Part shown: positions 39,589 to 49,141 of the stretch, piece after piece | How the letters are laid out: the number at the start of each line of letters is the position of its first letter | Numbering within the stretch: position 1 is the first letter of the stretch | DNA from: Minisyncoccota bacterium | GTDB taxonomy: Bacteria; Patescibacteriota; Minisyncoccia; 2-02-FULL-40-12; GWA2-44-9 | Direction: 5' to 3' | Assembly (NCBI GenBank): GCA_035620375.1 | Contig: DASPGX010000006.1 | Location: 6,156-70,155, forward strand | DNA: 64,000 nucleotides | Notes under the pieces: model-generated | Seen by the model: only the letters and a program-made list of their open reading frames with translations | Told to the model about the DNA's origin: nothing | Database searches by the model: none | Made by a program: the position numbers and the translations under genes

Positions 39589-40412
39589 CCGCCATGGAGA
39601 ACATCCGGTTCGTAAACCGCGAGGAGTTCACGGACGCCATCGAGCTCCGGGACGTCTCGCACACGTACGACGGCGGAACGACCTGGACCATCCGGGACTG
39701 CAACCTGCTCATCGAGAACGAGACCGGCAAGGGGGAGTTCGTGGTCCTGCTCGGCCTGTCCGGCTGCGGCAAGTCCACGCTTCTGCGGTTCATCGCAGGA
39801 CTGGCGAAGCCGACCAAGGGCCAGGTCCTCATCGGCGGCAAGCCGCGGACGGACCGGGACGTCATCAGCATGGTGTTCCAGCAGTACTCGTCCCTGCCGT
39901 GGTACACGGTCCTGGACAACGTGGCGCTTGCGCTCCGGTACCAGGGCGTGCCCCGGAAGGAGAAGTACGAACGGGCGCGTGAGATGATCCGGCGGGTCGG
40001 CCTGGCGGGACACGAGCACAAGTACTCCACCGAGCTGTCCGGCGGACAGCTCCAGCGGGTCGCCATCGCAAGGAGCCTGGTATCCAACCCGGGGATGGTC
40101 CTGATGGACGAGCCGTTCGGCGCCCTGGACGTGGTGACGCGGTACGAGATGCAGATGCTGGTCAACGATCTCTTCGAGAGTATCCAGCCGACCATCATCT
40201 TCATCACCCACGACATCCGCGAGGCCGTGTTCCTGGCCAACCGCATCTACGTCATGTCGCCGCGGCCGGGACGCATCACGCACAAGATTGACGTGGACCC
40301 GGTGCTGAGCTGGCACCGTGACAAGAGCACGCTGCGCGACCCCGCGTTCACCGACCTGGTGCATGAGGTGGACGCGGCGCTTGCCGCGACGGTCAACAAC
40401 GCGAAGTTCTGA
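39585..40412 (+). CDS. ABC ATP-binding protein (SsuB/TauB-like)
   Basis: GLSGCGKST, LSGGQLQR, MDEPFGALD, ITHD. Confidence 0.93.
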   Translation: MTAMENIRFVNREEFTDAIELRDVSHTYDGGTTWTIRDCNLLIENETGKGEFVVLLGLSGCGKSTLLRFIAGLAKPTKGQVLIGGKPRTDRDVISMVFQQYSSLPWYTVLDNVALALRYQGVPRKEKYERAREMIRRVGLAGHEHKYSTELSGGQLQRVAIARSLVSNPGMVLMDEPFGALDVVTRYEMQMLVNDLFESIQPTIIFITHDIREAVFLANRIYVMSPRPGRITHKIDVDPVLSWHRDKSTLRDPAFTDLVHEVDAALAATVNNAKF

Positions 40413-40511
40413 ATCGCGAAGGCGGGACGCTCCGGCGCCCCGCCTTTTACTTTTGACGATTTTAATAAATTGTTGTATTCTATGCCATCTTTGACGTTGG
40501 AGGTGGTTCAC

Positions 40512-41153
40512 ATGGGTCAGGCCGAATGGGCCCGGAAGCAGTACAATAGCTGGGAAGCGTACGACGCGGACCTCAAAGAAGCCGGATGGGAGGTTCCTGA
40601 CGAGTTGTCCCGTGCCGTGGCGCCGTACCTGCGGAGGTATGACATTACCCTGGACGTCGGTTGCGGAACCGGGCTTCTGGGCGCCGGCCTCCGGTTCCAG
40701 GGGTATGCCGGCAGGCTCATCGGGCTGGATGCCGCCGAAGAGCGCCTTGCCGAAGCGCGGGCGCGGACATTCGCCGGCCGGACGGTGTACGACCTGACGA
40801 GGACGGGGGATGCCTATCGGCTCCCGTGGCATCCGCGTTCGTTCAACGCGGTCGTCTCTTCGGCGATGCTGGGCCTGACCGGTCCCCGCTCGCTGGTGCA
40901 GATGCTCCGCGTTCTGCGGAAAGACGGAATTCTCGGCATCGTACCGGCGCGCCTGCTGGGCAACCGGCAGCACGAGACGAGATATCGCAGGGTACTCGAT
41001 ACCCTGGAGACTTTTGTCGGTTCCCGGCTTCTGGAAGTTCTGGAACAGCGGAGTCTGGGCACCGGCTACCACGGACCGGACCGCGATGAGCGGTACGTGC
41101 TGTACATCTGCCGGCTGACCCGGCCGTACCGCACGGGGCGGCCATGGCGATAA
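40512..41153 (+). CDS. class I SAM-dependent methyltransferase
   Basis: LDVGCGTG, GLD; GGAGG SD. Confidence 0.8.
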   Translation: MGQAEWARKQYNSWEAYDADLKEAGWEVPDELSRAVAPYLRRYDITLDVGCGTGLLGAGLRFQGYAGRLIGLDAAEERLAEARARTFAGRTVYDLTRTGDAYRLPWHPRSFNAVVSSAMLGLTGPRSLVQMLRVLRKDGILGIVPARLLGNRQHETRYRRVLDTLETFVGSRLLEVLEQRSLGTGYHGPDRDERYVLYICRLTRPYRTGRPWR

Positions 41154-41887
41154 AAAACGCGGTTGTCGCGTTTGCACTGCTCACGGCAGCCGCGAACGCG
41201 GCGCCCGTGGACGGTCCGGAACGGCACGAGTTCGCATTCGCGCGGCTGGAGTACCGTGGCTGCAACAGCGGATGGGACTTCCAATTTCCGCCGTGGGCGA
41301 CGGACTATCCTAAGGCCGACGAGCAGTTCATTCTCGGTGTCCGCCGCCTGGCAAACCTGGACATCTATCCGCGGGCGCATGTCGTGCGCATCGGCGACGA
41401 ACTGCACCGGTATCCGTTCCTGTACGCGGTGGAGGTCGGCAACATGTGTCTGACGGACATCGAGGCCGCTCAGCTTGCCCGCGTATTGGACGGAAGGGGC
41501 GGATTCCTGATGGTGGACGACTTCTGGGGCGAGTTACAATGGGACCAATTCGCCGGACAGATGGCGAAGGTCCTGCCCGGCCGGCCCATCCGCGAACTGC
41601 CGATGAGCCACCCGGTATTCCGCTCGTTCTACGATGTGCGGGAGACCGTACAGATTCCGAACATCATACAGGCGCTTGCCGGCGGTTCCACTGCCGAGTG
41701 CGAGGGCTGCGAGCACCGCGTGTACGGCATAGAGGATGAGCGCGGCCGACTGGTGGTGCTCATCCTGCACAACACGGACCTCGGCGATGCCTGGGAATGG
41801 GCGGAAAATCCGTACTTCCCGCTGGCGATGTCCAACTACGCGTTCAAGATGGGCATCAACGCCATCGTCTACGCGATGACGCATTGA
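41144..41887 (+). CDS. DUF4159 domain secreted protein
   Basis: signal peptide; WATDYP.AD, YPFLY, GGFLMVDDFWG, NTDLGDAWE. Confidence 0.8.
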   Translation: MAIKNAVVAFALLTAAANAAPVDGPERHEFAFARLEYRGCNSGWDFQFPPWATDYPKADEQFILGVRRLANLDIYPRAHVVRIGDELHRYPFLYAVEVGNMCLTDIEAAQLARVLDGRGGFLMVDDFWGELQWDQFAGQMAKVLPGRPIRELPMSHPVFRSFYDVRETVQIPNIIQALAGGSTAECEGCEHRVYGIEDERGRLVVLILHNTDLGDAWEWAENPYFPLAMSNYAFKMGINAIVYAMTH

Positions 41888-41945
41888 GGGGTTGGCCACA
41901 GCGGCAACCCCTCATTTTTTTTGCGGAGTGGTATACTTGAACCGT

Positions 41946-42275
41946 ATGAGTCACCGCGCCGTACTGGAGTACATCACCGCGGGCCGTGCATGCGGGCTGA
42001 CCGACCACGATATCGCCGTGCGTCTTGAGGGCGCGGGATGGACATCCGCGGACGTGCAGGACGCGTTCACCCTTGCGGCAAAGATGGACGACGTTCCCGC
42101 GAAGCCGGAGGAGAAGGCGTGGTGCCCTCCCGACAATGCGCGGAGCGCGCCGGTACCGACCGTCAAGGATAAAGTACTCGGTTCGCGTACACCCCGCACG
42201 AGCGCCGTCCGGTACGCCGCCTGGCTTTCCGTCGCCCTTGTCGCGTTTCTGTTCGGTTTTTCAATCATGCGCTGA
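41946..42275 (+). CDS. hypothetical membrane-anchored protein
   Basis: YI...G....I...L..AGW....V..AF N-terminal motif and a C-terminal TM. Confidence 0.6.
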   Translation: MSHRAVLEYITAGRACGLTDHDIAVRLEGAGWTSADVQDAFTLAAKMDDVPAKPEEKAWCPPDNARSAPVPTVKDKVLGSRTPRTSAVRYAAWLSVALVAFLFGFSIMR

Positions 42276-43279
42276 TGCTTCCGCTGCGTGCTTTCGGTAT
42301 CGCCGGCTGTGCAGCCGCCCTCGCCGGGGCGGCTTTCATCGTCGGTCCACAGACGGCCTCGGAGACACATATCTTCAATGACCGTGCCCGGCCCGATCCG
42401 ATTATCATGCCGGAAACCGTCACGCTTCTCTTCGCCGGCGACATCATGCTCTCACGCTCGGTGGGGGACGTCATGGCGCGCAGCGGCGACTGGCTGCTGC
42501 CGTTCCGTGACATCGCGTCCGTGACCGCGGGGGCGGACGCGGCGTTCGCAAATCTGGAGACGACAATTTCGCTACGTGGTTCGCCCGCGGGATGCGGGTA
42601 CTGTTTCCGCGCTGACCCGCGCGCGGTGGACGGCCTGGTGTATGCGGGATTCGACGTCGTGTCGGTGGCGAACAACCACATCTTCGACTACGGTCCGGAG
42701 GCGTTTACCGACACGCTGGCGAATCTTGATGCGGCGGGTATCCGTTATGCCGGCGGGGGAGCGGATGCTCCGTCGGCGCGGGAGCCGGTTGTCCTGGAGC
42801 TGGGAAGGACGCGGGTCGCGTATCTGGCGTACACGAACCTGCTTCCCGCAGGTGCGGGTGCCGCGTATGGCAGGGCGGGAGCGAGCCTGTACGACGCGGA
42901 AACGATGGCGGGAGACATCGTGCGGGCACGGGGTCTTGCCGATATCGTCGTCGTTTCGTTCCATGCCGGCGAGGAGTACGAAACGGAACCGGGCGAGTGG
43001 CAGGAGCGCGTCTACCGCGAGGCGGTTGATGCGGGAGCCGACCTGGTCATCGGTCACCATCCCCATGTGGTGCAACCCGTTGTTGCGTACGGAGAGGGCT
43101 GGATCGCGTACTCGCTCGGAAACTTCGTCTTTGATCAGACGTTCTCGGAGGCGACCATGCGGGGACTGCTTCTGGAGGCGACTGTGCGCGGAAACGAGGT
43201 GCTGGACGTCCGCGAGATTTCCGTGGACATCTCCCGGCAATACCGGCCGTCCCTTGCGGATGACGGCGCCGGGCGATAG
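42275..43279 (+). CDS. CapA-family metallophosphatase
   Basis: GDIML, NLE, ANNH..DYG, H.G.EY, GHHPHV, YSLGNF. Confidence 0.9.
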   Translation: MLPLRAFGIAGCAAALAGAAFIVGPQTASETHIFNDRARPDPIIMPETVTLLFAGDIMLSRSVGDVMARSGDWLLPFRDIASVTAGADAAFANLETTISLRGSPAGCGYCFRADPRAVDGLVYAGFDVVSVANNHIFDYGPEAFTDTLANLDAAGIRYAGGGADAPSAREPVVLELGRTRVAYLAYTNLLPAGAGAAYGRAGASLYDAETMAGDIVRARGLADIVVVSFHAGEEYETEPGEWQERVYREAVDAGADLVIGHHPHVVQPVVAYGEGWIAYSLGNFVFDQTFSEATMRGLLLEATVRGNEVLDVREISVDISRQYRPSLADDGAGR

Positions 43280-43310
43280 GGTAGGGCATTCATTCACACC
43301 GGAGGTGGTC

Positions 43311-44282
43311 GTGAAGCAGGAACTTTCCGTCGTCACCATAGGCGGCGGCTCGGGACAGTCCACGCTCCTGGCGGCGCTCCGCCGCCTGCCGTATGTCCGG
43401 CCTGCCGCAATCGTTACGACGTTCGACAGCGGCGGCTCCAGCCGGGTCCTCAAAGACCAGTACGGCGTCCTGCCGTACGGGGACATTCAGCGGTGCGTGT
43501 TCGCGCTGTCGCCGTACGAGCATGTGCGGGACATTTTCAGCGCCCGCCTGGACATGCCCGAACTGGCTCCGCCCTACCATACGGGCGGGAACCTCCTGCT
43601 GTCCGCACTGGAGCAGGACTTCAGCCGGCACATGGATACTGCGCAGGCGCGCCGTCTGGCGGTACGCGCGTTGGAGCGGATGTTCGCGGCACAGGGACGG
43701 GTCATTCCCGCGTCCCTGGAGAATGCGAATCTGTGCGCGACGTTCGCCGGAGATTTCGCCGGTGACGAGCCGCGGGTGGATGAGCTTCTCCAGCGGGGGC
43801 GTTCCATCCGGGATATATTTCTGAGGCCCGAGGTACCGGCGAATCCGGACGCGCTTGCGGCGGTGAGTGCCGCTGATGTCATCATCGTCGCGCCGGGGAG
43901 CTTTTACACCAGCATACTCCCGCCGCTTCTTCCCGCAGGGATGCCCGGCGCAATTGCCGCTTCCGCCGCGCCCGTATTGTGGGTGATGAACCTGCTGACC
44001 GAGGGTGAGGAAATGGCGGTGTACCGGGGCCTGGATTTTGTCCGTACCCTTTCGCGCTACGCGGGCAGGGCGCCCCGGCATCTGCTGGTGAACAGCGAGG
44101 TTCATGAGCTGCCTGCACGGTATTTGGGCGCGGAGTGCAAACGCGTTCTGCGTCCCGAGCTGTTCGGGCGGACCGACGCATACCATGTGTTCAAGTATCC
44201 GCTCTGGACCGACCCGGCCACGCCCCGTCACGACACGGACGCCCTGGCATCGGCGTTGGGTCTCATTCTTCCGGCGTTGTGA
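43311..44282 (+). CDS. YvcK/CofD-family UDP-sugar-binding protein
   Basis: GGGSG, DSGGSS, GDIQRC, H..GNL, PGSFYTSI. Confidence 0.88.
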   Translation: MKQELSVVTIGGGSGQSTLLAALRRLPYVRPAAIVTTFDSGGSSRVLKDQYGVLPYGDIQRCVFALSPYEHVRDIFSARLDMPELAPPYHTGGNLLLSALEQDFSRHMDTAQARRLAVRALERMFAAQGRVIPASLENANLCATFAGDFAGDEPRVDELLQRGRSIRDIFLRPEVPANPDALAAVSAADVIIVAPGSFYTSILPPLLPAGMPGAIAASAAPVLWVMNLLTEGEEMAVYRGLDFVRTLSRYAGRAPRHLLVNSEVHELPARYLGAECKRVLRPELFGRTDAYHVFKYPLWTDPATPRHDTDALASALGLILPAL

Positions 44283-44361
44283 CCGGCAGCCCCCGCGAGC
44301 GCGGGGGCTTTGATTTTTATATATTTTGTGGCATAATGTGCCTTTCCAACGGAGGTGATGT

Positions 44362-45348
44362 TTGCGGACAGACGGTACGGAGTTTCCCAAGGGCCTCGTT
44401 CTTGCCAAACCAATCGGGCAGGAGTCCTACAAGGAATCGGTCCTGCATACGCTGGAACAGCAGGGTAACCTCATTATCCAGCAGAAGCACGACGGCTATA
44501 AACTCATCGCCATCAGGGGCGGTGACGGGCGGTTCCGCATCTGGACGGTGGGAGGCAGGCCGGTGCACGGCCGTCTGGGACATGTCATGAAGGTCCTGGA
44601 AAGCCGGCCCTTTCCCTGGGGTACGGTACTGGTCGGCGAAGGCCTGATGTTTGAGGAGGATGCTGAGCGCTACGAGTGGACCGCCAAGGTTTTCCAGGGC
44701 GGAGACGAAAGCGGACTCAGTGCGCAGAAAGAGCATGGCCGTGCGGTATTCCGTATTTTTCAGGCGTTCAATCTGGAGGATTTGAGCGCCGGAGTCGCGG
44801 GGAGGTCCTACGGCGAGACGCTCGCGTGGCTTTCCGAAACCGCCGGCCCGAGAAACCGCGCGGTAAGCGTGGTTCCATCGCTCAGCATGAAGCTGGATGA
44901 CGCCAAAACGGTTGTCGCCGCGCAGGGATGGGAGGGTCTCGTCCTCACCGATGCGCGGTATCGTCTGACCTGGCGCACCGACGGCGGCACGGAGCCCCGG
45001 CCCAAGGGCTGCTACAAATTCAAGCCGCTGACCGAAGATGATTTTGTCATCCTCCCTGACGGCCGTATCTGGCACAAGGACGGTCGCCTGAAAGAAGTCG
45101 TACTCTATCAGCGCGACCCCGGGACGGGAAAACTCTTCTCCTGCGGAAAGCTCGGAACGTTCTCACGGGAGGTTCGGGATAAGCTCTCGTCACCGTCACT
45201 TGCGCCGTCGGTCATGCAGGTGGCATTTGAGCGGCGTAATCCGGATACGGGCAAGCTCCGGTTCGCCCGGTTCATGCGGCTTCGGGACGACAAGCTCGCC
45301 GCGTCCTGCGTCGCGCCCGCGTCGTATCCGAAATCGGAGACGGTCTGA
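44362..45348 (+). CDS. minimal ATP-dependent DNA ligase
   Basis: KHDG (motif I), GEG, EGLV, YKFKP, RFARFMRLRDDK. Confidence 0.75.
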   Translation: MRTDGTEFPKGLVLAKPIGQESYKESVLHTLEQQGNLIIQQKHDGYKLIAIRGGDGRFRIWTVGGRPVHGRLGHVMKVLESRPFPWGTVLVGEGLMFEEDAERYEWTAKVFQGGDESGLSAQKEHGRAVFRIFQAFNLEDLSAGVAGRSYGETLAWLSETAGPRNRAVSVVPSLSMKLDDAKTVVAAQGWEGLVLTDARYRLTWRTDGGTEPRPKGCYKFKPLTEDDFVILPDGRIWHKDGRLKEVVLYQRDPGTGKLFSCGKLGTFSREVRDKLSSPSLAPSVMQVAFERRNPDTGKLRFARFMRLRDDKLAASCVAPASYPKSETV

Positions 45349-45433
45349 AGACGTCCCTCATCCGCTGCGGCGGGTGAGGGGCTTTTCGTATCAACAATGA
45401 CAGCCGGAACACGGATGCTACAATGGACGTATC

Positions 45434-45973
45434 ATGAAACGCACACTACTGGTCTCCGCGGTTCTGACGGGACTGTTGCTGGTGAGCACCGGAGTTTCTG
45501 CGCAGAGCCCGAGTCCCACGGCGACTCCCGGAACCCGGTTTCTCCGCGTCCGCAATGAATCGCGCCGCATCAGCGCGGAGCGCATCGCGCAGCACCTGCA
45601 GAATATCAGCGAACGGAGGCTGAACGCGTACGGACACCTTCTGGACCGGCTGTATGCCATCCTGGACCGCATCGTTGCGGCGGCCGACCGGCGCGCGGCC
45701 GGCGGTGCGGACGTATCGGAAGTGCAGGATGCGATTGCCAAAGCGCGGCGTGCGCTGGACGATGCCCGCGCGGCCATTCGGGATCTGGCGAGCAAGAAAT
45801 ATGTGTTCGCTGACGCGACGGACCTGACGATTGCCGACCTGCTCCGCGCGGCGCGGCATGAGCTGCAGGAGGACCTGGAGAACGTGGCGGCCAAGCTCCG
45901 CGCGGCGCATCAGGCGTTACGTGAAGCGGTGCGGGTACTGCATCAGACGCGGATTTCCGCCGACGAATCATGA
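45434..45973 (+). CDS. secreted helical-bundle hypothetical protein
   Basis: signal peptide followed by amphipathic helices. Confidence 0.7.
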   Translation: MKRTLLVSAVLTGLLLVSTGVSAQSPSPTATPGTRFLRVRNESRRISAERIAQHLQNISERRLNAYGHLLDRLYAILDRIVAAADRRAAGGADVSEVQDAIAKARRALDDARAAIRDLASKKYVFADATDLTIADLLRAARHELQEDLENVAAKLRAAHQALREAVRVLHQTRISADES

Positions 45974-46233
45974 TGAAGGTCTCCGGTAAACCGCTGAACG
46001 CGCATTTCTGGATGGCGGTCGCCGCCATCGCGCTTGCCGGCGGACTCATTCTCGGCCAGGCCACCGGCATCAATGACGACATGAGCGAATACTCGGGAGT
46101 TCTGGGAACGGCGAATCTGTATGAATCGGAGCGCCTGGAGGTTAGGCGGCTGAACATGGACCTTCAGGACGCTGAACCGGAACCGCTGGAAGGCGAGTTC
46201 GACGAGGTGGACGGGGAGCTGGAAGCGCTTTAA
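45970..46233 (+). CDS. small membrane-anchored acidic protein
   Basis: ATGA overlap, one TM. Confidence 0.55.
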   Translation: MMKVSGKPLNAHFWMAVAAIALAGGLILGQATGINDDMSEYSGVLGTANLYESERLEVRRLNMDLQDAEPEPLEGEFDEVDGELEAL

Positions 46234-46333
46234 CGGCTGCACAGCGTGACAACCGCGCCCGGGCGCGGTCTTTACTTTTTCATAAAGTAATGTACAGTAG
46301 GCCGGTTCAGACCGTTCCCAAACGAGGTGAATA

Positions 46334-47743
46334 ATGATCAGTGTCATTCTGACCGCCATTCTGGCGGCGGCCCTGGCGGGCCTGGTCATCCGGTACGCGC
46401 TGCTCCGCTGGAGCCGCGACCTGCGCATCACCTGGAGCGAGTATACGGTCGGGATGCTTGCCATCTCGTTCGTCGTCTCGCCGGTCGTCGCGGTCGTCGG
46501 CTGGAAGGTGGTGCAGGGGAATAACCTGTCGTTCAACGAGTACTGGAACGGCTGGGAGACCAAGGCCGTCAAGCAGCGTATCGAGTGTACGCGCGACGGT
46601 CCGTGCTATTGGGAGTACAACTGCGACCCGTACCGGTGTAACCCGCACGACTGCAACTGTGTGTGCGTGAGCCGGGACGAGGACGGCCGTTGTACGAGCG
46701 AGAGCTGCGATACATGCTGGGACACGTGCTACCACGACTGTCCGTACGTCACGGACGAGTACGATTACCTCGTGGACAGCACCATCGGTCCGTTCACCAT
46801 CGCATCGCACGTCTTTCCCGTGAATCCGGACTCCCACCGCTGGCGCGCCGGCACCCGCGTGCCCGATGAGGTCATCGCGCGCGCGGGAGTCGGCGACCCG
46901 CTGTTCTGGACGGACGCCAAGCGCAGATGCGACGCGGACGTTCCCGGACCGGTAACCCGCCGTTCGGCCTACGACAACTACGTTCTGGCGAGCGAGGGCA
47001 CCATCCTGAAAGAGTACTCCGGAGACATCGCGGATTACCGCGATGCCGGGCTCCTCCCGCGCCTGAACGGGAGCGTGCAGGAGTATTACCACGCGGACAA
47101 GGTGTACTTCGTCGGCTTCCGGCCGGCGGATGCACCGGCGTGGAACCGCGCCGCGGAGTTCCTGAACGCGCAGCTGGGCAGGGAGCTTCAGGGCGACCTG
47201 CATCTGGTCGTCATCAGGGACGGCAAGGTTACGGCGAATCCCGACCGCTACGCGTATGCCCTGAAAGCGCACTGGCAGGACAAGGCCGAATACGGCGACG
47301 ACACGCTCGCCAAGAACGGCATCGTCATTCTCATCGGCACCGCGGACGGCGCAACGGTCGCCTGGTCACGGGCGTTCACGGGAATGCCCATGGGGAACGA
47401 AAAGCTGCTGGTGGTTCTGCGTGACGGGCTTAAGGGCCTGCCGCTGCACGCCGTGGACCTCATCGGTCCCGGCGCAAGCCAGCGTGTCGGCGCCGTAACA
47501 CGGCATCCCCGGAACATCGCGCCGGCGGCGCTGGAGCGCGTGCTCTGGGGCCTGGACGACGCGTCCACGAAGTTCACCCGCCTGGAGATGACCGGTCCGG
47601 ACGGTCAGAGCGGGTATCTGTACCTCCGGGACGAGATACGGCTGTCGGAAAACCAGACGTACGGCGTGTTCGCCGTCGTCCTGGCCGCCTGCCTGCTCGT
47701 GTGGCTGTTCTTCGCGTTCTTCGAACACCGGCGGCTGCAGTAG
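46334..47743 (+). CDS. membrane protein with a Cys-rich extracellular domain
   Basis: two N-terminal TMs, a cluster of about 11 Cys, a C-terminal TM; GAGGTG SD. Confidence 0.8.
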   Translation: MISVILTAILAAALAGLVIRYALLRWSRDLRITWSEYTVGMLAISFVVSPVVAVVGWKVVQGNNLSFNEYWNGWETKAVKQRIECTRDGPCYWEYNCDPYRCNPHDCNCVCVSRDEDGRCTSESCDTCWDTCYHDCPYVTDEYDYLVDSTIGPFTIASHVFPVNPDSHRWRAGTRVPDEVIARAGVGDPLFWTDAKRRCDADVPGPVTRRSAYDNYVLASEGTILKEYSGDIADYRDAGLLPRLNGSVQEYYHADKVYFVGFRPADAPAWNRAAEFLNAQLGRELQGDLHLVVIRDGKVTANPDRYAYALKAHWQDKAEYGDDTLAKNGIVILIGTADGATVAWSRAFTGMPMGNEKLLVVLRDGLKGLPLHAVDLIGPGASQRVGAVTRHPRNIAPAALERVLWGLDDASTKFTRLEMTGPDGQSGYLYLRDEIRLSENQTYGVFAVVLAACLLVWLFFAFFEHRRLQ

Positions 47744-47787
47744 CACCGGTACGGAACCATGTCCATAAAACAAAAGGAGAAGCAAAG

Positions 47788-48429
47788 ATGACGTTCAGGA
47801 CAAACGAGCGCGGCGGCGCCGCGCTCTTCGTGGTACTGGCCATCGCGGCCGCCTTCGTCGTGTTCGGCGTCGCGCTCTACGGGTACGCCGTGAGCATCCG
47901 CAACGCCGCACTGGACCGTGAGCTGCAGCTGGTCGCCCAGTACAAGGTGAACCAGACGGAGCTTTCCTCCTACGTCTCCACGTTCTACGAGCAGGTCGGC
48001 GTCGCCAACCTGAAGTCGGCAAAGGTGGACGAAGTCATCCGCGGCGCCCTGCAGGGCCGCTTCGGAGACGACGGTTTCCAGGGCGGCTCACTGTTCGCGG
48101 CGTTTCACGAGGCGTATCCGGACGTGCAGGCGCTGAACATCTACGACCAGATCCTGCCGACCATCGCCGCCGGGCGCGAGGGCTTCCGCAACAAGCAACA
48201 GAAGATCATCGACGAAGCGCGCGCCTACGACCGGTGGCGCAAGGACGGCATCTTCCGCGCCTGGGTCCTGTCCGGCATCTATCCGAGCAGCGACCTGGCC
48301 ATCGACGTCGGCGGCGAGACGCTGTACGCCGAGGCCGCGCTGAAGCATCTGGCCAATCCCGTGCTGGACTCGAGGACCAACAAGGCCTACGAGACGCACG
48401 AGCTGGAGCCGCTCGCTCCGCCGCGGTAA
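47788..48429 (+). CDS. membrane-anchored helical protein (LemA-like)
   Basis: AAGGAG SD, single TM, E.YP....Y..I...I.AGR..F. Confidence 0.7.
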   Translation: MTFRTNERGGAALFVVLAIAAAFVVFGVALYGYAVSIRNAALDRELQLVAQYKVNQTELSSYVSTFYEQVGVANLKSAKVDEVIRGALQGRFGDDGFQGGSLFAAFHEAYPDVQALNIYDQILPTIAAGREGFRNKQQKIIDEARAYDRWRKDGIFRAWVLSGIYPSSDLAIDVGGETLYAEAALKHLANPVLDSRTNKAYETHELEPLAPPR

Positions 48430-48445
48430 CGACCGCCAAGCACCC

Positions 48446-48476
48446 GAAGGGGGCGCCATGCGCCCCCTTCTTTTTA
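48446..48476 (+). terminator. intrinsic terminator
   Basis: GAAGGGGGCGC-CAT-GCGCCCCCTTC-TTTTT. Confidence 0.75.
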
Positions 48477-49073
48477 TTTTCCGTCGCGGTACAGGCCCCG
48501 TTCCCGGATATAGCGGGCGACGGCCGGCGTCAGATACGGAACGCCGGACTGTCCGGCGTTGATGAGCCGGCGGATGAACGTGCTGGAAACGTCTATCCAG
48601 GCGAATGCGTTGTCGATGAGCGCGGACCGGGGAGGAAGCCGGTCATTGAGCATCGTGCCCGGACGCTGGATGACCGCGAACTTACCCTCTTCAAAAAGCT
48701 CCAGCCCCTTTTCCCATGTCCGGGTCATGTCATGCAGCAGTTCGGAACTGATGATGAAATGGAATTCATGGCCGGGATGAGCCGATTCCAGCTCCTTCAT
48801 CGTGTCGTACGTCAGGGTGTGCACGGGGCGGTCCAGTTCCGCCCGCGAAACCGTCACCGGGACCGCAGCGTCGGTGAACAGCTCCTCGGCCATCCGGGTG
48901 AGCATGGCGAAGCGGTCTTCGCCCGGGGCGGAGATGAGCTTGTCGGCGCGGTCCGCGGACGGCATGAGCCACACCTCGTCGCAGGGAAAAAGGCGGATAA
49001 CCGCTTCAATGACTGATGCATGTCCGATGTGGGGAGGGGAGAACGACCCTCCGTATATGGCGATTCGTTTCAT
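48474..49073 (-). CDS. nadD: nicotinate-nucleotide adenylyltransferase
   Basis: YGGSFSPPHIGH, TYDT, VSSTFIR. Confidence 0.92.
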   Translation of the reverse strand: MKRIAIYGGSFSPPHIGHASVIEAVIRLFPCDEVWLMPSADRADKLISAPGEDRFAMLTRMAEELFTDAAVPVTVSRAELDRPVHTLTYDTMKELESAHPGHEFHFIISSELLHDMTRTWEKGLELFEEGKFAVIQRPGTMLNDRLPPRSALIDNAFAWIDVSSTFIRRLINAGQSGVPYLTPAVARYIRERGLYRDGK

Positions 49074-49141
49074 ACGGCAATGATATATGGAAACGGGTCC
49101 CGTCGTCACGACGGGACCCGGTGAACACTTCCGGCGTCGGC

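Noticed and set aside
42576-43310. Long N-terminal extension of the YvcK ORF (also those of parA, the serpin, nadD, pncB, nth and 25671-27230)
   Set aside because: These overlap neighbouring genes or RNAs; the downstream starts have SD or -10 support and match family N-termini.
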